Shown: in pieces, positions 15,640 to 24,702 of the stretch
Layout of the letters: each line of letters opens with the position of its first letter
Numbering within the stretch: the stretch's first letter is position 1
Assembly: GCA_015228815.1 (NCBI GenBank)
Contig: JADGCV010000010.1
Span: 46,218-110,217, forward strand
Source of the DNA: Magnetococcales bacterium
Lineage (GTDB): Bacteria; Pseudomonadota; Magnetococcia; Magnetococcales; UBA8363
Length of the DNA stretch: 64,000 nucleotides
Direction: 5' to 3'
The notes under the pieces: generated by a model
Database searches by the model: none
Told to the model about the DNA's origin: nothing
The model's input: the letters and a program-made list of their open reading frames with translations, nothing else
Translations under genes and position numbers: made by a program

Positions 15640-18213
15640 ATGTTGACGCCTCGGCTGGACTTCAACAACACCCAACCCCAACCGGAGAATCTGACGAATT
15701 CCGTCGATTTGACCCCTGATCCGAAGGCCATTGCCGCCTACTTCGATCTGGTCTTCGGCTATTGCGACGGCATGATTTCCCTGCGAGGGCTGACTGATCC
15801 CGGCCAGGGACTGGCCAACCATCCCCACCACGTCTGGATTGAGGCGGATCAGCAGGTTGCGGCCAAAGCCCTTACCTTCGCCCAATGGGCCGCCAACAAC
15901 GGCTCTGCCTTCTACGTCATTCCCGGCACAGTGGCGCAACGTGGACAGGCAAAGGCCAGCGATGTGGTGCAACTCCAGACTGTCCTGGTGGACTTGGACG
16001 CCGGAGATGTGGAAGCCAAACTTGAGCACCTTTCCAACTATCTGGGAGAACCCACTGCCGTCGTTGAATCCGGCGGCATCACGCCGGAGGGACAAAGCAA
16101 GCTGCACGTCTACTGGAAACTGTCGGAACCCGCAGAGAAGGAGGACATCACCCTGGTTTGCCGCCTGCGCCACGAAATTGCCCTCAAGGTGGCTGGCGAT
16201 CCCCACTTTCGCTCTGCGCATCAGCCCATTCGGGTCGCCGGGTCGGTTTATCACAAGCACGGCCACAAACGGTTGGTGGTCTTCCGTACTTTCACTCCAC
16301 AGAAATTCCACCTTCCATTTTTGGCGGAAGCGATAGGCGACATGCCTTCCATGGAAGGGATCGACGTCTCCAAACTGGACTTCAATACCGCGTCCATGGC
16401 CAAACCGTCCGTGGCCTCCATTCTCACCACCCCGGTACGGGACGAAGCCCAGGATGCCTGGACCCGCTTCGATGGAGCATCCGCCGCTATCGGCCACTAC
16501 ATCCGCATGGCCCATGAAGGCCGCATGAAACGTGACGATGCCTGGGAAGCCATCCGCCAATACAACGCCGCCATGCTGCGACCACCATGGTCGGAGAAGC
16601 GGCTGGCTAACGAGTCGGAGAAATTGTGGAAAAAACACTGCGAAAATAATGGTCCAGCGATTGGTGCGCAACGAGGTGATCATGATTGGCCGGAGCCACT
16701 TCCCCTTTCCAATACCATGGAAACGCCACAGCCTTATCCCCTCGATGCTTTGCCAGAAGTGTTGCGAAATGCTGCCCGTGAGGTGGCCCGTTTCGTCAAG
16801 GTTCCCGTCGCTTCTCCGGCAGTGATTGGGCTGTCGGTGGCAGCCCTCGCCATCGGCAAGAAGGCCCGTATCCAGGAACGGCCTGGGCTTTATCACCATT
16901 CTGCCCTGTTCCTCGCCCTGATCGCGGCCAGCGGCGAGCGCAAAAGCCCGCCATTCAAACTTATGACTTTGCCTCTGGAACACTGGATCGAGGGAGAACT
17001 GGATGATTATCACCGACGCGTCGCCGAGGCCTCCACTACCAATCAAGTGCTGGACGCCCTGATTGCCTCCCTGAAAAAACAGGCAACCAGTGCAAAATAT
17101 TCGGAGCAAGCGCAACAAGAATTCGTTCGCAGAATGGCCGAAGAGGAGTGCAAAAGGATTCCAGTGCCGCCTCACCCCCGCATGTTTACTTCCGACGCCA
17201 CCGAGGAACGACTGTTCCAACGCATGCATCTCCGGGGTGGAGAATACGCCGTCCTATCCGGCGAGGGACGCCCCGTCTTCGATGCCATCATGGGCAAATA
17301 TTCGGGCAAGGATCGCACCGGTGATGCCATCTATCTCACTGGAATTTCAGGAGACACCATCACACGCGACCGGGTGGGCAACGAAAACGGTCCCGAGGAT
17401 CGCATGATCGTGAATCCCTGCCTCAACGTTTGCGTCATGGTCCAACCGGACAAGTATTTGGAAGCGGCTCGCCATCCGACCCTGCGGGAATCAGGGGCAT
17501 TGGCCCGTATTTGGCCGGTTTGGCTTCCTTCCTTGGTGGGGACCCGCATGGAGGAGGTCAACGAACCCGGTCTCAACGAGTTTCTCCTGCAACCCTACGA
17601 GGAGACCATCCAGGGGCTTCTCAACGCAAGGGTTACGGAAGAAAAGGACAAATCCGCCTGCCATCTGGTCAGGCTCTCCCCAGAGGCACGGGAATCCCGA
17701 CGGCAATGGCATAACGCCGTGGAACTGCAAATGGCAGAAGGGCGCGATCTGGAAGACGTGCGGGACATCGCCAGCAAGGCGGTCTCGGCCACGGTCAAGG
17801 CGGCGTTGGTGCTGCACCTCCTGGAACGCCCAGGTCTGCTTATGGAGGAAGAATCGGAACTGGATCTGTCCACCTGGGAGCGGGCCAAATTGCTCGGAGA
17901 ATACCACTTGGCAGAGGCGATACGGGTGCAGCGTCTAGCCGGGGATGCGCTTGAATCCGCAGCCCTGAGAGTGGCCCGATGGGCTATGGAGTCTGGAACA
18001 ATGGAGTTTTCGGTCAGAACCCTATGCAAATTTGGACCACGGCCAAGGATGCAAACGAAGGAAGCAGAGTCGATCATGGGATTCATGATCGAAATGAACT
18101 GGGCGAGGAAGCTACCACCAAGTCCAGGAGAACGAGCCATCCGATTTGGCATCAATCCCAAGTGCCGCCATGCCGCCAGTGCCGCCAGGGTAGAGGTGGA
18201 AAGTGAAAAATAG
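15640..18213 (+). CDS. primase-polymerase-like / DUF3987-like replication protein
   Basis: N-terminal 'VLVDLDAGD' (DxD) and 'KLHVYWKL' resemble prim-pol catalytic motifs. 'AWEAIRQYNAAMLRPPWSEKRL' is PriCT-like. The large C-terminal domain is of the type annotated DUF3987 in phage/ICE primases. ATG 15640 follows GGGAG. Confidence 0.6.
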   Translation: MLTPRLDFNNTQPQPENLTNSVDLTPDPKAIAAYFDLVFGYCDGMISLRGLTDPGQGLANHPHHVWIEADQQVAAKALTFAQWAANNGSAFYVIPGTVAQRGQAKASDVVQLQTVLVDLDAGDVEAKLEHLSNYLGEPTAVVESGGITPEGQSKLHVYWKLSEPAEKEDITLVCRLRHEIALKVAGDPHFRSAHQPIRVAGSVYHKHGHKRLVVFRTFTPQKFHLPFLAEAIGDMPSMEGIDVSKLDFNTASMAKPSVASILTTPVRDEAQDAWTRFDGASAAIGHYIRMAHEGRMKRDDAWEAIRQYNAAMLRPPWSEKRLANESEKLWKKHCENNGPAIGAQRGDHDWPEPLPLSNTMETPQPYPLDALPEVLRNAAREVARFVKVPVASPAVIGLSVAALAIGKKARIQERPGLYHHSALFLALIAASGERKSPPFKLMTLPLEHWIEGELDDYHRRVAEASTTNQVLDALIASLKKQATSAKYSEQAQQEFVRRMAEEECKRIPVPPHPRMFTSDATEERLFQRMHLRGGEYAVLSGEGRPVFDAIMGKYSGKDRTGDAIYLTGISGDTITRDRVGNENGPEDRMIVNPCLNVCVMVQPDKYLEAARHPTLRESGALARIWPVWLPSLVGTRMEEVNEPGLNEFLLQPYEETIQGLLNARVTEEKDKSACHLVRLSPEARESRRQWHNAVELQMAEGRDLEDVRDIASKAVSATVKAALVLHLLERPGLLMEEESELDLSTWERAKLLGEYHLAEAIRVQRLAGDALESAALRVARWAMESGTMEFSVRTLCKFGPRPRMQTKEAESIMGFMIEMNWARKLPPSPGERAIRFGINPKCRHAASAARVEVESEK

Positions 18214-18231
18214 GTTTTTGGTAAAAAAGGG

Positions 18232-18275
18232 TGGCGGCATGGCGGCACTGGCGGCAGATGGCGGCATTGGCGGCA
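18232..18275. repeat. five tandem copies of TGGCGGCA (period 8-10 nt)
   Basis: Copies at 18232, 18240, 18249, 18259 and 18268. The array starts 19 nt after the primase-like stop codon. Confidence 0.9.
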
Positions 18276-18401
18276 AATAGGAGACAGATACTGTTTTTAA
18301 TAATTTGATGATGTCTACACCCTCCTATAGGAGGATAAATACGAATAAAAATTGTGTGTAATTGTCTGCATGAATCTAATCAGGATCAGGAGAAAAACGA
18401 G

Positions 18402-18803
18402 ATGAAAGAAATAATCACCCTACCACAAGCCAGAACTCAGGCATGTGAAGGACTCCCAGTCGGTTCCGCCCCTATGTGGAACATGAAACATCGGGAGACC
18501 TATGAGCAGCGGTTAATGGAGATTCTTGATCACGGTAAACGCCCATTCAGCTATGGAGAGTGGATATTTGATCCCGAAACTTTGGTGCTACGCCATAGAC
18601 AAAGCGACTACGAATTGGATCTTGAACGGGCAACAACAGCAGCACAACTCCTTGATTGGATTCTTCAAATATCCAAAAAACCAGGAATGCAACTGGAACA
18701 AATGCTGACCTTGTTGAGAGCGGTAGCAAATGTTCGAAATGTAGGATCGTTACAAGGAGCATTCTGTCCATACGGTCGAACTATGCCTCCGGTTAAATGG
18801 TGA
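18402..18803 (+). CDS. hypothetical protein in an AT-rich islet
   Basis: ATG 18402 lies downstream of AGGAG. The surrounding 18.29-18.85 kb is visibly AT-richer than the flanks. Confidence 0.5.
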   Translation: MKEIITLPQARTQACEGLPVGSAPMWNMKHRETYEQRLMEILDHGKRPFSYGEWIFDPETLVLRHRQSDYELDLERATTAAQLLDWILQISKKPGMQLEQMLTLLRAVANVRNVGSLQGAFCPYGRTMPPVKW

Positions 18804-18901
18804 CATCATGGCAAGCAAAAAAAATAAATGCGGACAGTGGTGATGTTCTTGGCGGGACCCCACCACCGTCCTAACCACATCAACCATCAGGAGGATTGAA
18901 C

Positions 18902-19414
18902 ATGGCTGTTGAGAATTTGCCCTACGAGGACGCAATCAGGAAAGGGATGATCCTTGCCCTGGATCTGGGCAGCAAGACCGGATGGGCATTGGGAGCGCCG
19001 GGCGGCAGGCCCATCATGAGCGGGACAGATGAGTTCCGCCTCGGTCGCTTCGAGGGCGGCGGCATGGTTTTTCTGCGTTTCACCCGCTGGCTGGATGAGG
19101 TCAGAAATCTCACAGTTCCCGCCGGTGGACTGAAGGCGGTCTGCTTCGAAGAGGTGCGAAGGCATATTGGAACCACCGCTGCCCACGTCTATGGCGGCTT
19201 CCTTGCCCACCTCACCGCATGGGCCGAGGCAAATCAGATCCCGTATCAAGGCGTGCCGGTCGGAACCATCAAACGCCACGCTACCGGCAAGGGCAACGCC
19301 AACAAGGCCGCCATGATCGCCGCAATGAAAGCCAAGGGACACCGTCCCGGCGATGACAACGAAGCCGATGCCCTCGCTCTGCTGCATTGGGCGCTGGCCC
19401 AGGAGGTGGTGTGA
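18902..19414 (+). CDS. RuvC-like Holliday-junction resolvase
   Basis: 'ILALDLGSKTGWA' and 'DDNEADALALL' are catalytic acidic motifs. ATG 18902 lies 7 nt after AGGAGG. Confidence 0.8.
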   Translation: MAVENLPYEDAIRKGMILALDLGSKTGWALGAPGGRPIMSGTDEFRLGRFEGGGMVFLRFTRWLDEVRNLTVPAGGLKAVCFEEVRRHIGTTAAHVYGGFLAHLTAWAEANQIPYQGVPVGTIKRHATGKGNANKAAMIAAMKAKGHRPGDDNEADALALLHWALAQEVV

Positions 19415-19632
19415 TGTTTGACGGACCTCGTCCACCGCGTTCCTGTCTGGCCCGGTTGCAGGCAACCCGACGCGATCCCGAACGGGAGCGATGTAACGGC
19501 TGGCGTAACCACGGCATCCTGGTGGTGTCAGAAAACGATCCACGGCTGGGTTGGCCCGAACGGGAGATGATCAGGCATCTGGCCGAAAAACTGTTTGGCA
19601 ATCGCAAGGGAAAGGAGGCATGCCGTGGTTGA
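19414..19632 (+). CDS. hypothetical small protein
   Basis: ATG 19414 overlaps the RuvC-like stop (TGATG). 72 aa. Confidence 0.4.
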   Translation: MFDGPRPPRSCLARLQATRRDPERERCNGWRNHGILVVSENDPRLGWPEREMIRHLAEKLFGNRKGKEACRG

Positions 19633-20044
19633 ATCGAAATGGACCCCAAAGCTGGTGGCCGACCGTCTGGAAGAAGCTGCCAGCACCCTGCGCCGTCTCC
19701 CGGTGACCGGGATGAAACCCAGAGAACATGGCAACTCCTGGCCCACGGTGATCCACGACGCCATGGAAGCCTACGGCTGGAACGATGCCGAACTCCGTCC
19801 GGGACCGCCTCCGGCGGATGCCATCACCCGCATGGACGAATGTCTGGAGTGGTTGCGGTGGGTTGCTCCCGAGGAAATCCGGCTGGTCTGGCTGCGTGCG
19901 GAACGGATGCCTTGGAAGGAGATCATGCGTCGGTTCGGAGTTTGTCGGACCACGGTCTGGTCCAGGTGGATGGCGGCTTTGCTCCAGATCGCCACGCACC
20001 TCAACGCTGGTTCTGGGAAAAAGATGTTTAAACACGGTGTTTAA
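19625..20044 (+). CDS. HTH regulator (sigma-70 region-4-like; DUF6362-like)
   Basis: GTG 19625 follows AAGGAGG (19612-19618). The C-terminal 'MPWKEIMRRFGVCRTTVWSRWMAALLQIA' is a region-4-type HTH. Confidence 0.5.
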   Translation: MVESKWTPKLVADRLEEAASTLRRLPVTGMKPREHGNSWPTVIHDAMEAYGWNDAELRPGPPPADAITRMDECLEWLRWVAPEEIRLVWLRAERMPWKEIMRRFGVCRTTVWSRWMAALLQIATHLNAGSGKKMFKHGV

Positions 20045-20143
20045 ACATCTTCACGCTGAACATCCGAGACAGAATTTGCTATGATCCTGACTATGATCGC
20101 GGAATCGCGCGCACGGCGACGCCGGCCTCTCTGATCACCGCCC

Positions 20144-20181
20144 AAACCCGCCCGGAACACTCTGTGGCGGGTTTTGCTTTT
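20144..20181 (+). terminator. rho-independent terminator
   Basis: AAACCCGCC (20144-20152) pairs with GGCGGGTTT (20166-20174), followed by TGCTTTTT. Confidence 0.7.
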
Positions 20182-20276
20182 TGGGAGACCATTTCAGAGT
20201 TTGGCAACATGAACCCGCTTGGGGAGATACCAACGTGAAACACGGATTGGCCGTCAGTCGAATCAAAGGTGTTCGT

Positions 20277-20474
20277 ATGGTCTGTCGCAAATGTCAGGCT
20301 GAATGGCTATTGCCCCTGGACGCAGTTTCCCTGCCGCCACGCTGCTTCAATTGCCAGGCAACCGTTCCGATCGAACCCCTCCAGGACGCACTCCGTGGAA
20401 TCGCCCGCTTGAAAAACGCCGTGGTCAGCGGCAGTAGCACGTTTGAATTCGACGCCGTAGTCGAGAAAACGTAA
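20277..20474 (+). CDS. small zinc-ribbon-like protein (start uncertain; alternative GTG 20235)
   Basis: 'CRKCQ...CFNCQ' motif pair. The track start (TTG 20181) lies inside the terminator. Confidence 0.4.
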   Translation: MVCRKCQAEWLLPLDAVSLPPRCFNCQATVPIEPLQDALRGIARLKNAVVSGSSTFEFDAVVEKT

Positions 20475-20491
20475 TCAACCGGCAAACGCCA

Positions 20492-21151
20492 ATGTTCACC
20501 GTCACCGCCAACGAGGCCGCCATCAACCGCGCCTTCGACACCCTGGAAAAGCAATTGCGTTTCGCTGCCGCCCAGGCCCTCACCCACACGGCCCAGGACG
20601 CTCAGGTAGAAGTAAAGCGGCAGCTTCCCGAACGCTTCACCATCCGCACCAACTGGTTGGCCAAGGGCATCCGCATCCGTCCGGCCAGCAAGAGTACCTT
20701 GTCGGCATCGGTGTTGGTGAAGGACGCCTTCATGGCCCTGCAGGAAACCGGTGGTGACAAGACCTCCACTTCCGGTAGCGCCCTGGGCGTGCCGGTGGGG
20801 GCACGGCCCACGCCGCAGAGCATCATCCGCCCATCGAATTTTCCCGGTGCGATGGCATCGAGGAAAGGATACTTCATCGGCGTTCCGCGTGGATGGAATG
20901 TCAGTGTGGCCTACACTGCAACCGGGAGATCACGGAAAAACTTTTGGAGAAGCCAAGAGGTGAAACCGGGTGTCTGGCAGCGGCTGGGATACAAAGGTCG
21001 TAGCGGACTGAAATTGATGTACGTCTTTGAAGAAAAGGTGCGGCTCAAACCCAGGTTCGGTTTTCGCGCGACGGTACGCAAGGTGGCGGCGGAACGCTTC
21101 CCCCATCGATTTGCCGAGGCGTTGAAAAAGGCCCTGGCGACGGCACGGTAG
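20492..21151 (+). CDS. hypothetical phage protein
   Basis: 219-aa ORF. The N-terminal pattern is loosely reminiscent of HK97 gp10-type proteins, but I cannot support a firm call. Confidence 0.5.
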   Translation: MFTVTANEAAINRAFDTLEKQLRFAAAQALTHTAQDAQVEVKRQLPERFTIRTNWLAKGIRIRPASKSTLSASVLVKDAFMALQETGGDKTSTSGSALGVPVGARPTPQSIIRPSNFPGAMASRKGYFIGVPRGWNVSVAYTATGRSRKNFWRSQEVKPGVWQRLGYKGRSGLKLMYVFEEKVRLKPRFGFRATVRKVAAERFPHRFAEALKKALATAR

Positions 21152-21159
21152 CGGAAATG

Positions 21160-21185
21160 CAAAACCGCCCCGTTTCCGAGGCGGT
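21160..21185 (-). terminator. intrinsic terminator for the minus-strand DUF3489 gene
   Basis: ACCGCC/GGCGGT stem with a TTTT run on the minus strand, 14 nt after the reconstructed stop at 21199. Confidence 0.5.
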
Positions 21186-21198
21186 CGTTGGGGGTTGG

Positions 21199-21330
21199 CT
21201 ATTGAGCAAAGTAGGTGGTGAATGAACCGGGTGATCCTTGTTGGTTTGGTCCAACCACCCTCAACTTGTTGGTGGTGATCACCAGCCCCAGTTTCTTTTT
21301 GGCGATGGAGAGGAAGCCCCTGATGGTGTG
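21199..21330 (-). pseudogene. DUF3489 gene, 3' fragment displaced by the RIT insertion
   Basis: The minus strand from 21330 reads HTIRGFLSIAKKKLGLVITTNKLRVVGPNQQGSPGSFTTYFAQ*. Joined to 24703 it restores ...GWQG|HTIRGF..., the conserved DUF3489 'GWQxHTVRG' core. Confidence 0.8.
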
Positions 21331-21442
21331 TCCTTTATGCCGACATCGGCATAAAGGACATTATGCCGACGTCCGGATTATGCCGAACTGCGTTGGCAAA
21401 CCATTATCCGGGGCGGTGCTCGCTGCGATGGCATCGGCATAA

Positions 21443-22432
21443 TCAGAGAGCCTCGAGGAAGGCGAGCAGTTTATCGGTCGGTCGGAAACGGCCGGGTTTT
21501 GTTTCTATCGGAGCCGTCTTTTCCAAAGCGCGTTCCTTGATCTCCAGATCCGCGTGCAGGTAGATTTGGGTTGTCTCGATCTGTTCGTGGCCGAGCCAGA
21601 GCGCGATCACCGAAGTGTCGATGCCGGCCCGCAGCAGGCGCATGGCTGCGGAGTGCCTCAGTACATGCATGGTCACCCGCTTGTGTGCCAAGGATAGACA
21701 AACGGTCGTTGCGACCTCGACATATCCGGCCAGTCGGCGTTCGAGCGCGTCGCGGCTGAGGGCGCGTCCAATCCGTGTTGGGAACACCGGGTCCGCAGGC
21801 AGACCTGCGCGCTCGGCCAGCCAGGACCGCAGGAGCGCGACGGTGCCCGAGGTGAGCGGCGTGATCCGCTGCTTTCTCCCCTTGCCATTGCAACTGACAT
21901 GCGCGCCAAGTCCGAGATGGACGTCGGCACAGCTCAGCCCGATCAGTTCAGAGGCCCGAAGCCCGGTCTGGACGGCGAGTCCGAACAGCGCCGTGTCGCG
22001 CCGCCCAGTCCATGTCGCCCGATCCGGCGCGCCCAGCAGGGTTTCGATTTCCACCTCGGTCAGGTAGGTCACAAGCCGTCGCTCAAAGCGTTTCGGTGGA
22101 ATGGCGAGAACGCGTTCGATGGTGGCAGCATGTTCAGGATGGCGAAGTGCTGCGTAACGGAACAGGGAGTGGATCGCGGCAAGTCGTGCGTTGCGCGTGC
22201 GCACGCTATTCTTCCTATGGCTCTCCAGATGGTCGAGGAAGGCACCGATCAGAGGCGCGTCGAGATCGTTGATATCGAGTCGGCTTGGCGTCTTGCCGCG
22301 TTGCTCCGAAGCGAAAACCAAGAGCAACCGCAGTGTGTCGCGATAGGCACCCACCGTGTTCGGGCTGACCTGCCGTTGGCGGATAAGGCGATCGGAAAAG
22401 AACGCCTGTAGGGTCGTGGTGAGCGCACTCAT
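21443..22432 (-). CDS. ritC: tyrosine recombinase, third gene of trio
   Basis: R...HxLRH...Y catalytic pattern ('LRASELIGL', 'HVLRHSAAMRLL', 'WLGHEQIETTQIY'). 4-bp overlap with ritB. Confidence 0.85.
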   Translation of the reverse strand: MSALTTTLQAFFSDRLIRQRQVSPNTVGAYRDTLRLLLVFASEQRGKTPSRLDINDLDAPLIGAFLDHLESHRKNSVRTRNARLAAIHSLFRYAALRHPEHAATIERVLAIPPKRFERRLVTYLTEVEIETLLGAPDRATWTGRRDTALFGLAVQTGLRASELIGLSCADVHLGLGAHVSCNGKGRKQRITPLTSGTVALLRSWLAERAGLPADPVFPTRIGRALSRDALERRLAGYVEVATTVCLSLAHKRVTMHVLRHSAAMRLLRAGIDTSVIALWLGHEQIETTQIYLHADLEIKERALEKTAPIETKPGRFRPTDKLLAFLEAL

Positions 22433-23349
22433 GCATCACCTCGCAGGTGGCGCTCGAGCCGAACGCAGGCCAACTCCATCAGTTCCGGCGCGGACGAAAG
22501 GTACCAGTAGGTGTCGCCGGGATCGGCATGACCGAGATACGTGGACAGGATCGCAAGGCGGGAACCAGGGGCGCTTGTCCTGTAGTCATCGGCGATGGTG
22601 CTGACGGCGAAGCTGTGCCGAAGATCGTGGATCCGGGGCCGGCAGGTCGCCGAGCGCGGGGCAATGCCACAGTGATGCAAAAGTTTGCTGAAAATCGGCT
22701 GCACGACAGTGTAACGCAATCGCTTTCCAGCCGAGTTGGACAGCAAGACCTTCACGGTCTCCTCACCGGGGCGATCGTCCCGGCGCAGGTATGTATCCAA
22801 GGCCGCGACTGTTGTTGGATGCAGCGGCAATTCGCGGGACTTGCCGAATTTGCCGTTGCGGACCGTGAGGATGCCACCCGCCGCATCGAAGTCGTTGCAG
22901 TCGAGGCCGATTGCCTCGCCAATGCGCATGCCGGTTGTCGCCAGGAGGCCGATCAGCATCCGGTATGTCGCCTGCACATGTGATCCGCGCAGGTAGCTCG
23001 TGGCCCGCATCAGATCCGCGATCTCCTGCGGCGTGTAGAGATACGGCGTCGCGCGACGCCCTCTCGCCGGTAGAAGATCATCGGGCGGCACCTCGGTCAT
23101 CGGGTCGAGTGCGCGGAGGTGCCGGGCGAAGAGGCGAACATCGGCCAGACGTCTGGAGTACCATGTCGCGGCGGCGCCTACGGGTAGGATCGCCCAGGCC
23201 AGCGCCGTCTCGGTCCGGATATGAGCCTCGCCACGATCTTCGGCGAAGGCGATGAACTGGCCGACAAGCCGCTCAGCTTTGTCCATCTTGTAGCCGAGGG
23301 CGCGCCGCATGGTCAGATAATCGGTAAGGGCCTGACGAAGTGGGCTCAT
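22429..23349 (-). CDS. ritB: tyrosine recombinase, second gene of trio
   Basis: 'MRIGEAIGL', 'HDLRHSFAV', 'YLGHADPGDTYWY'. 4-bp overlaps on both sides. Confidence 0.85.
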   Translation of the reverse strand: MSPLRQALTDYLTMRRALGYKMDKAERLVGQFIAFAEDRGEAHIRTETALAWAILPVGAAATWYSRRLADVRLFARHLRALDPMTEVPPDDLLPARGRRATPYLYTPQEIADLMRATSYLRGSHVQATYRMLIGLLATTGMRIGEAIGLDCNDFDAAGGILTVRNGKFGKSRELPLHPTTVAALDTYLRRDDRPGEETVKVLLSNSAGKRLRYTVVQPIFSKLLHHCGIAPRSATCRPRIHDLRHSFAVSTIADDYRTSAPGSRLAILSTYLGHADPGDTYWYLSSAPELMELACVRLERHLRGDA

Positions 23350-24560
23350 TGTTCGTCCTCCGGCCAGGGGCGCGCGATCAGGCGCAAGCTGTCCCGGTCG
23401 ACCTTGGCGTAGATCGCTGTGGTTTCTACTCGGCGATGACGCAGCAGTTGGCCGATCTCCGGCAAGGATGCGCCGGCGCGTAAAAGCTCGGTTGCCGCAG
23501 TATGGCGCAGGCGATGCGCATGGACGCGCCCAAGACCCGCCCGCCGGGCGGCGTCCGCCACGATGGTGCTCACACGAGTCGCGCCAAGCGCGTGATGTGG
23601 TGCGAAGTGCCGGACGAACACGGTTCGGCCCAGGGCGTCCGTAGGCCGGGCGCTTGCCAGATACTCTGCCAGTTTGAGACCGACATCAGGCGGCAATGGC
23701 ATCCGTTCATGACAATTGCCCTTGCCGCCCACAATGATCGTGCCAGCGCGCCAGTCGATATCGTCGAGCCTGAGCCCGGCAACCTCGCCGCGCCGCAGAC
23801 CGAGGCGTACCAACAGGGTCAGTATCGCCAGGTCGCGGCAACCGACGGGCGTGTGGGCATCACATGCGGCAAGAAGGCTCCGCACCTGATCGGGTTCGAG
23901 CCCCTTGGGCAGCCCGGCCAGTCGGCGGCGCGCAACCGTCGGCACGGCAGAGACGAGCGATCGTTCCGTGACGCCATCGAGATGCAGAAATCCGAGGAAC
24001 GAGCGCAGCGCCGTGACCGTCAGCTTTGCCACACCGCTGTTCAGACGCGGGCACCAGGCCATCACGAAGGATGTGATATCAGCCGGGGTCAGGCTCCCGA
24101 GTTGGAGACCATTGGCAGACATCCTTCGGTCCAGAAACGGGCGCAGGCAATTAATGTATCCAATGGCCGTCACCGGGACCAAGCCACGTTCCGTGGCCAG
24201 GAAGCGCTGGTACCGGTTCAGAATTCTTCCGGCAGGTCCGTCCTCCCCGGGGGGGTCGACTACAGGCGAGATCCCCAGCTCGCGAAGATAGCCGAGAATG
24301 GGTTCCAGTCCCTTGCGGGTCTTGGGTTTGGCGGCACCGGCAGAACGGCGATCCGACAGAAAACGATCAATCTGCGCCATGGACAAATCGCTTGCGGTGA
24401 GCTGCCGCATCTGCAGCCAGTCGCTCAAATCGCGCAGTAGCCACCGTTGTTGTAAAATCGTTCCGGGCGCATATCCTTGCCGCCGCAAATTTTCCGCAAA
24501 GCCCTCCGAAAGGGCCGCAAGCGGAGCGCTACTCGGTGTCTTGCTGGGGTCAATCAACAT
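23346..24560 (-). CDS. ritA: tyrosine recombinase, first gene of trio
   Basis: 'LRRGEVAGLRLDDI', 'HRLRHTAATELL', 'LLRHRRVETTAIY'. GGAG lies upstream of ATG 24560. Confidence 0.85.
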   Translation of the reverse strand: MLIDPSKTPSSAPLAALSEGFAENLRRQGYAPGTILQQRWLLRDLSDWLQMRQLTASDLSMAQIDRFLSDRRSAGAAKPKTRKGLEPILGYLRELGISPVVDPPGEDGPAGRILNRYQRFLATERGLVPVTAIGYINCLRPFLDRRMSANGLQLGSLTPADITSFVMAWCPRLNSGVAKLTVTALRSFLGFLHLDGVTERSLVSAVPTVARRRLAGLPKGLEPDQVRSLLAACDAHTPVGCRDLAILTLLVRLGLRRGEVAGLRLDDIDWRAGTIIVGGKGNCHERMPLPPDVGLKLAEYLASARPTDALGRTVFVRHFAPHHALGATRVSTIVADAARRAGLGRVHAHRLRHTAATELLRAGASLPEIGQLLRHRRVETTAIYAKVDRDSLRLIARPWPEDEQ

Positions 24561-24702
24561 TGAAGTCTCCTCGTTTCGAAGTGAAAGAGGAGATATTACC
24601 AGTTCTCGGCCCTATGGATTATGCCGACCAATGGGCAACAGATTTGAGGTTATTCAGAAGCATACAGACCTACATCGGCATAATCCAGGCATCGGCATAA
24701 TG

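Larger units (their letters stand above)
21331..24702 (-). mobile_element. recombinase-in-trio (RIT) element, 3372 bp
   Basis: Three overlapping tyrosine-recombinase genes of 404/306/329 aa. The termini carry inverted copies of (A/T)TTATGCCGA. Removing 21331-24702 restores a DUF3489 reading frame. Confidence 0.85.
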
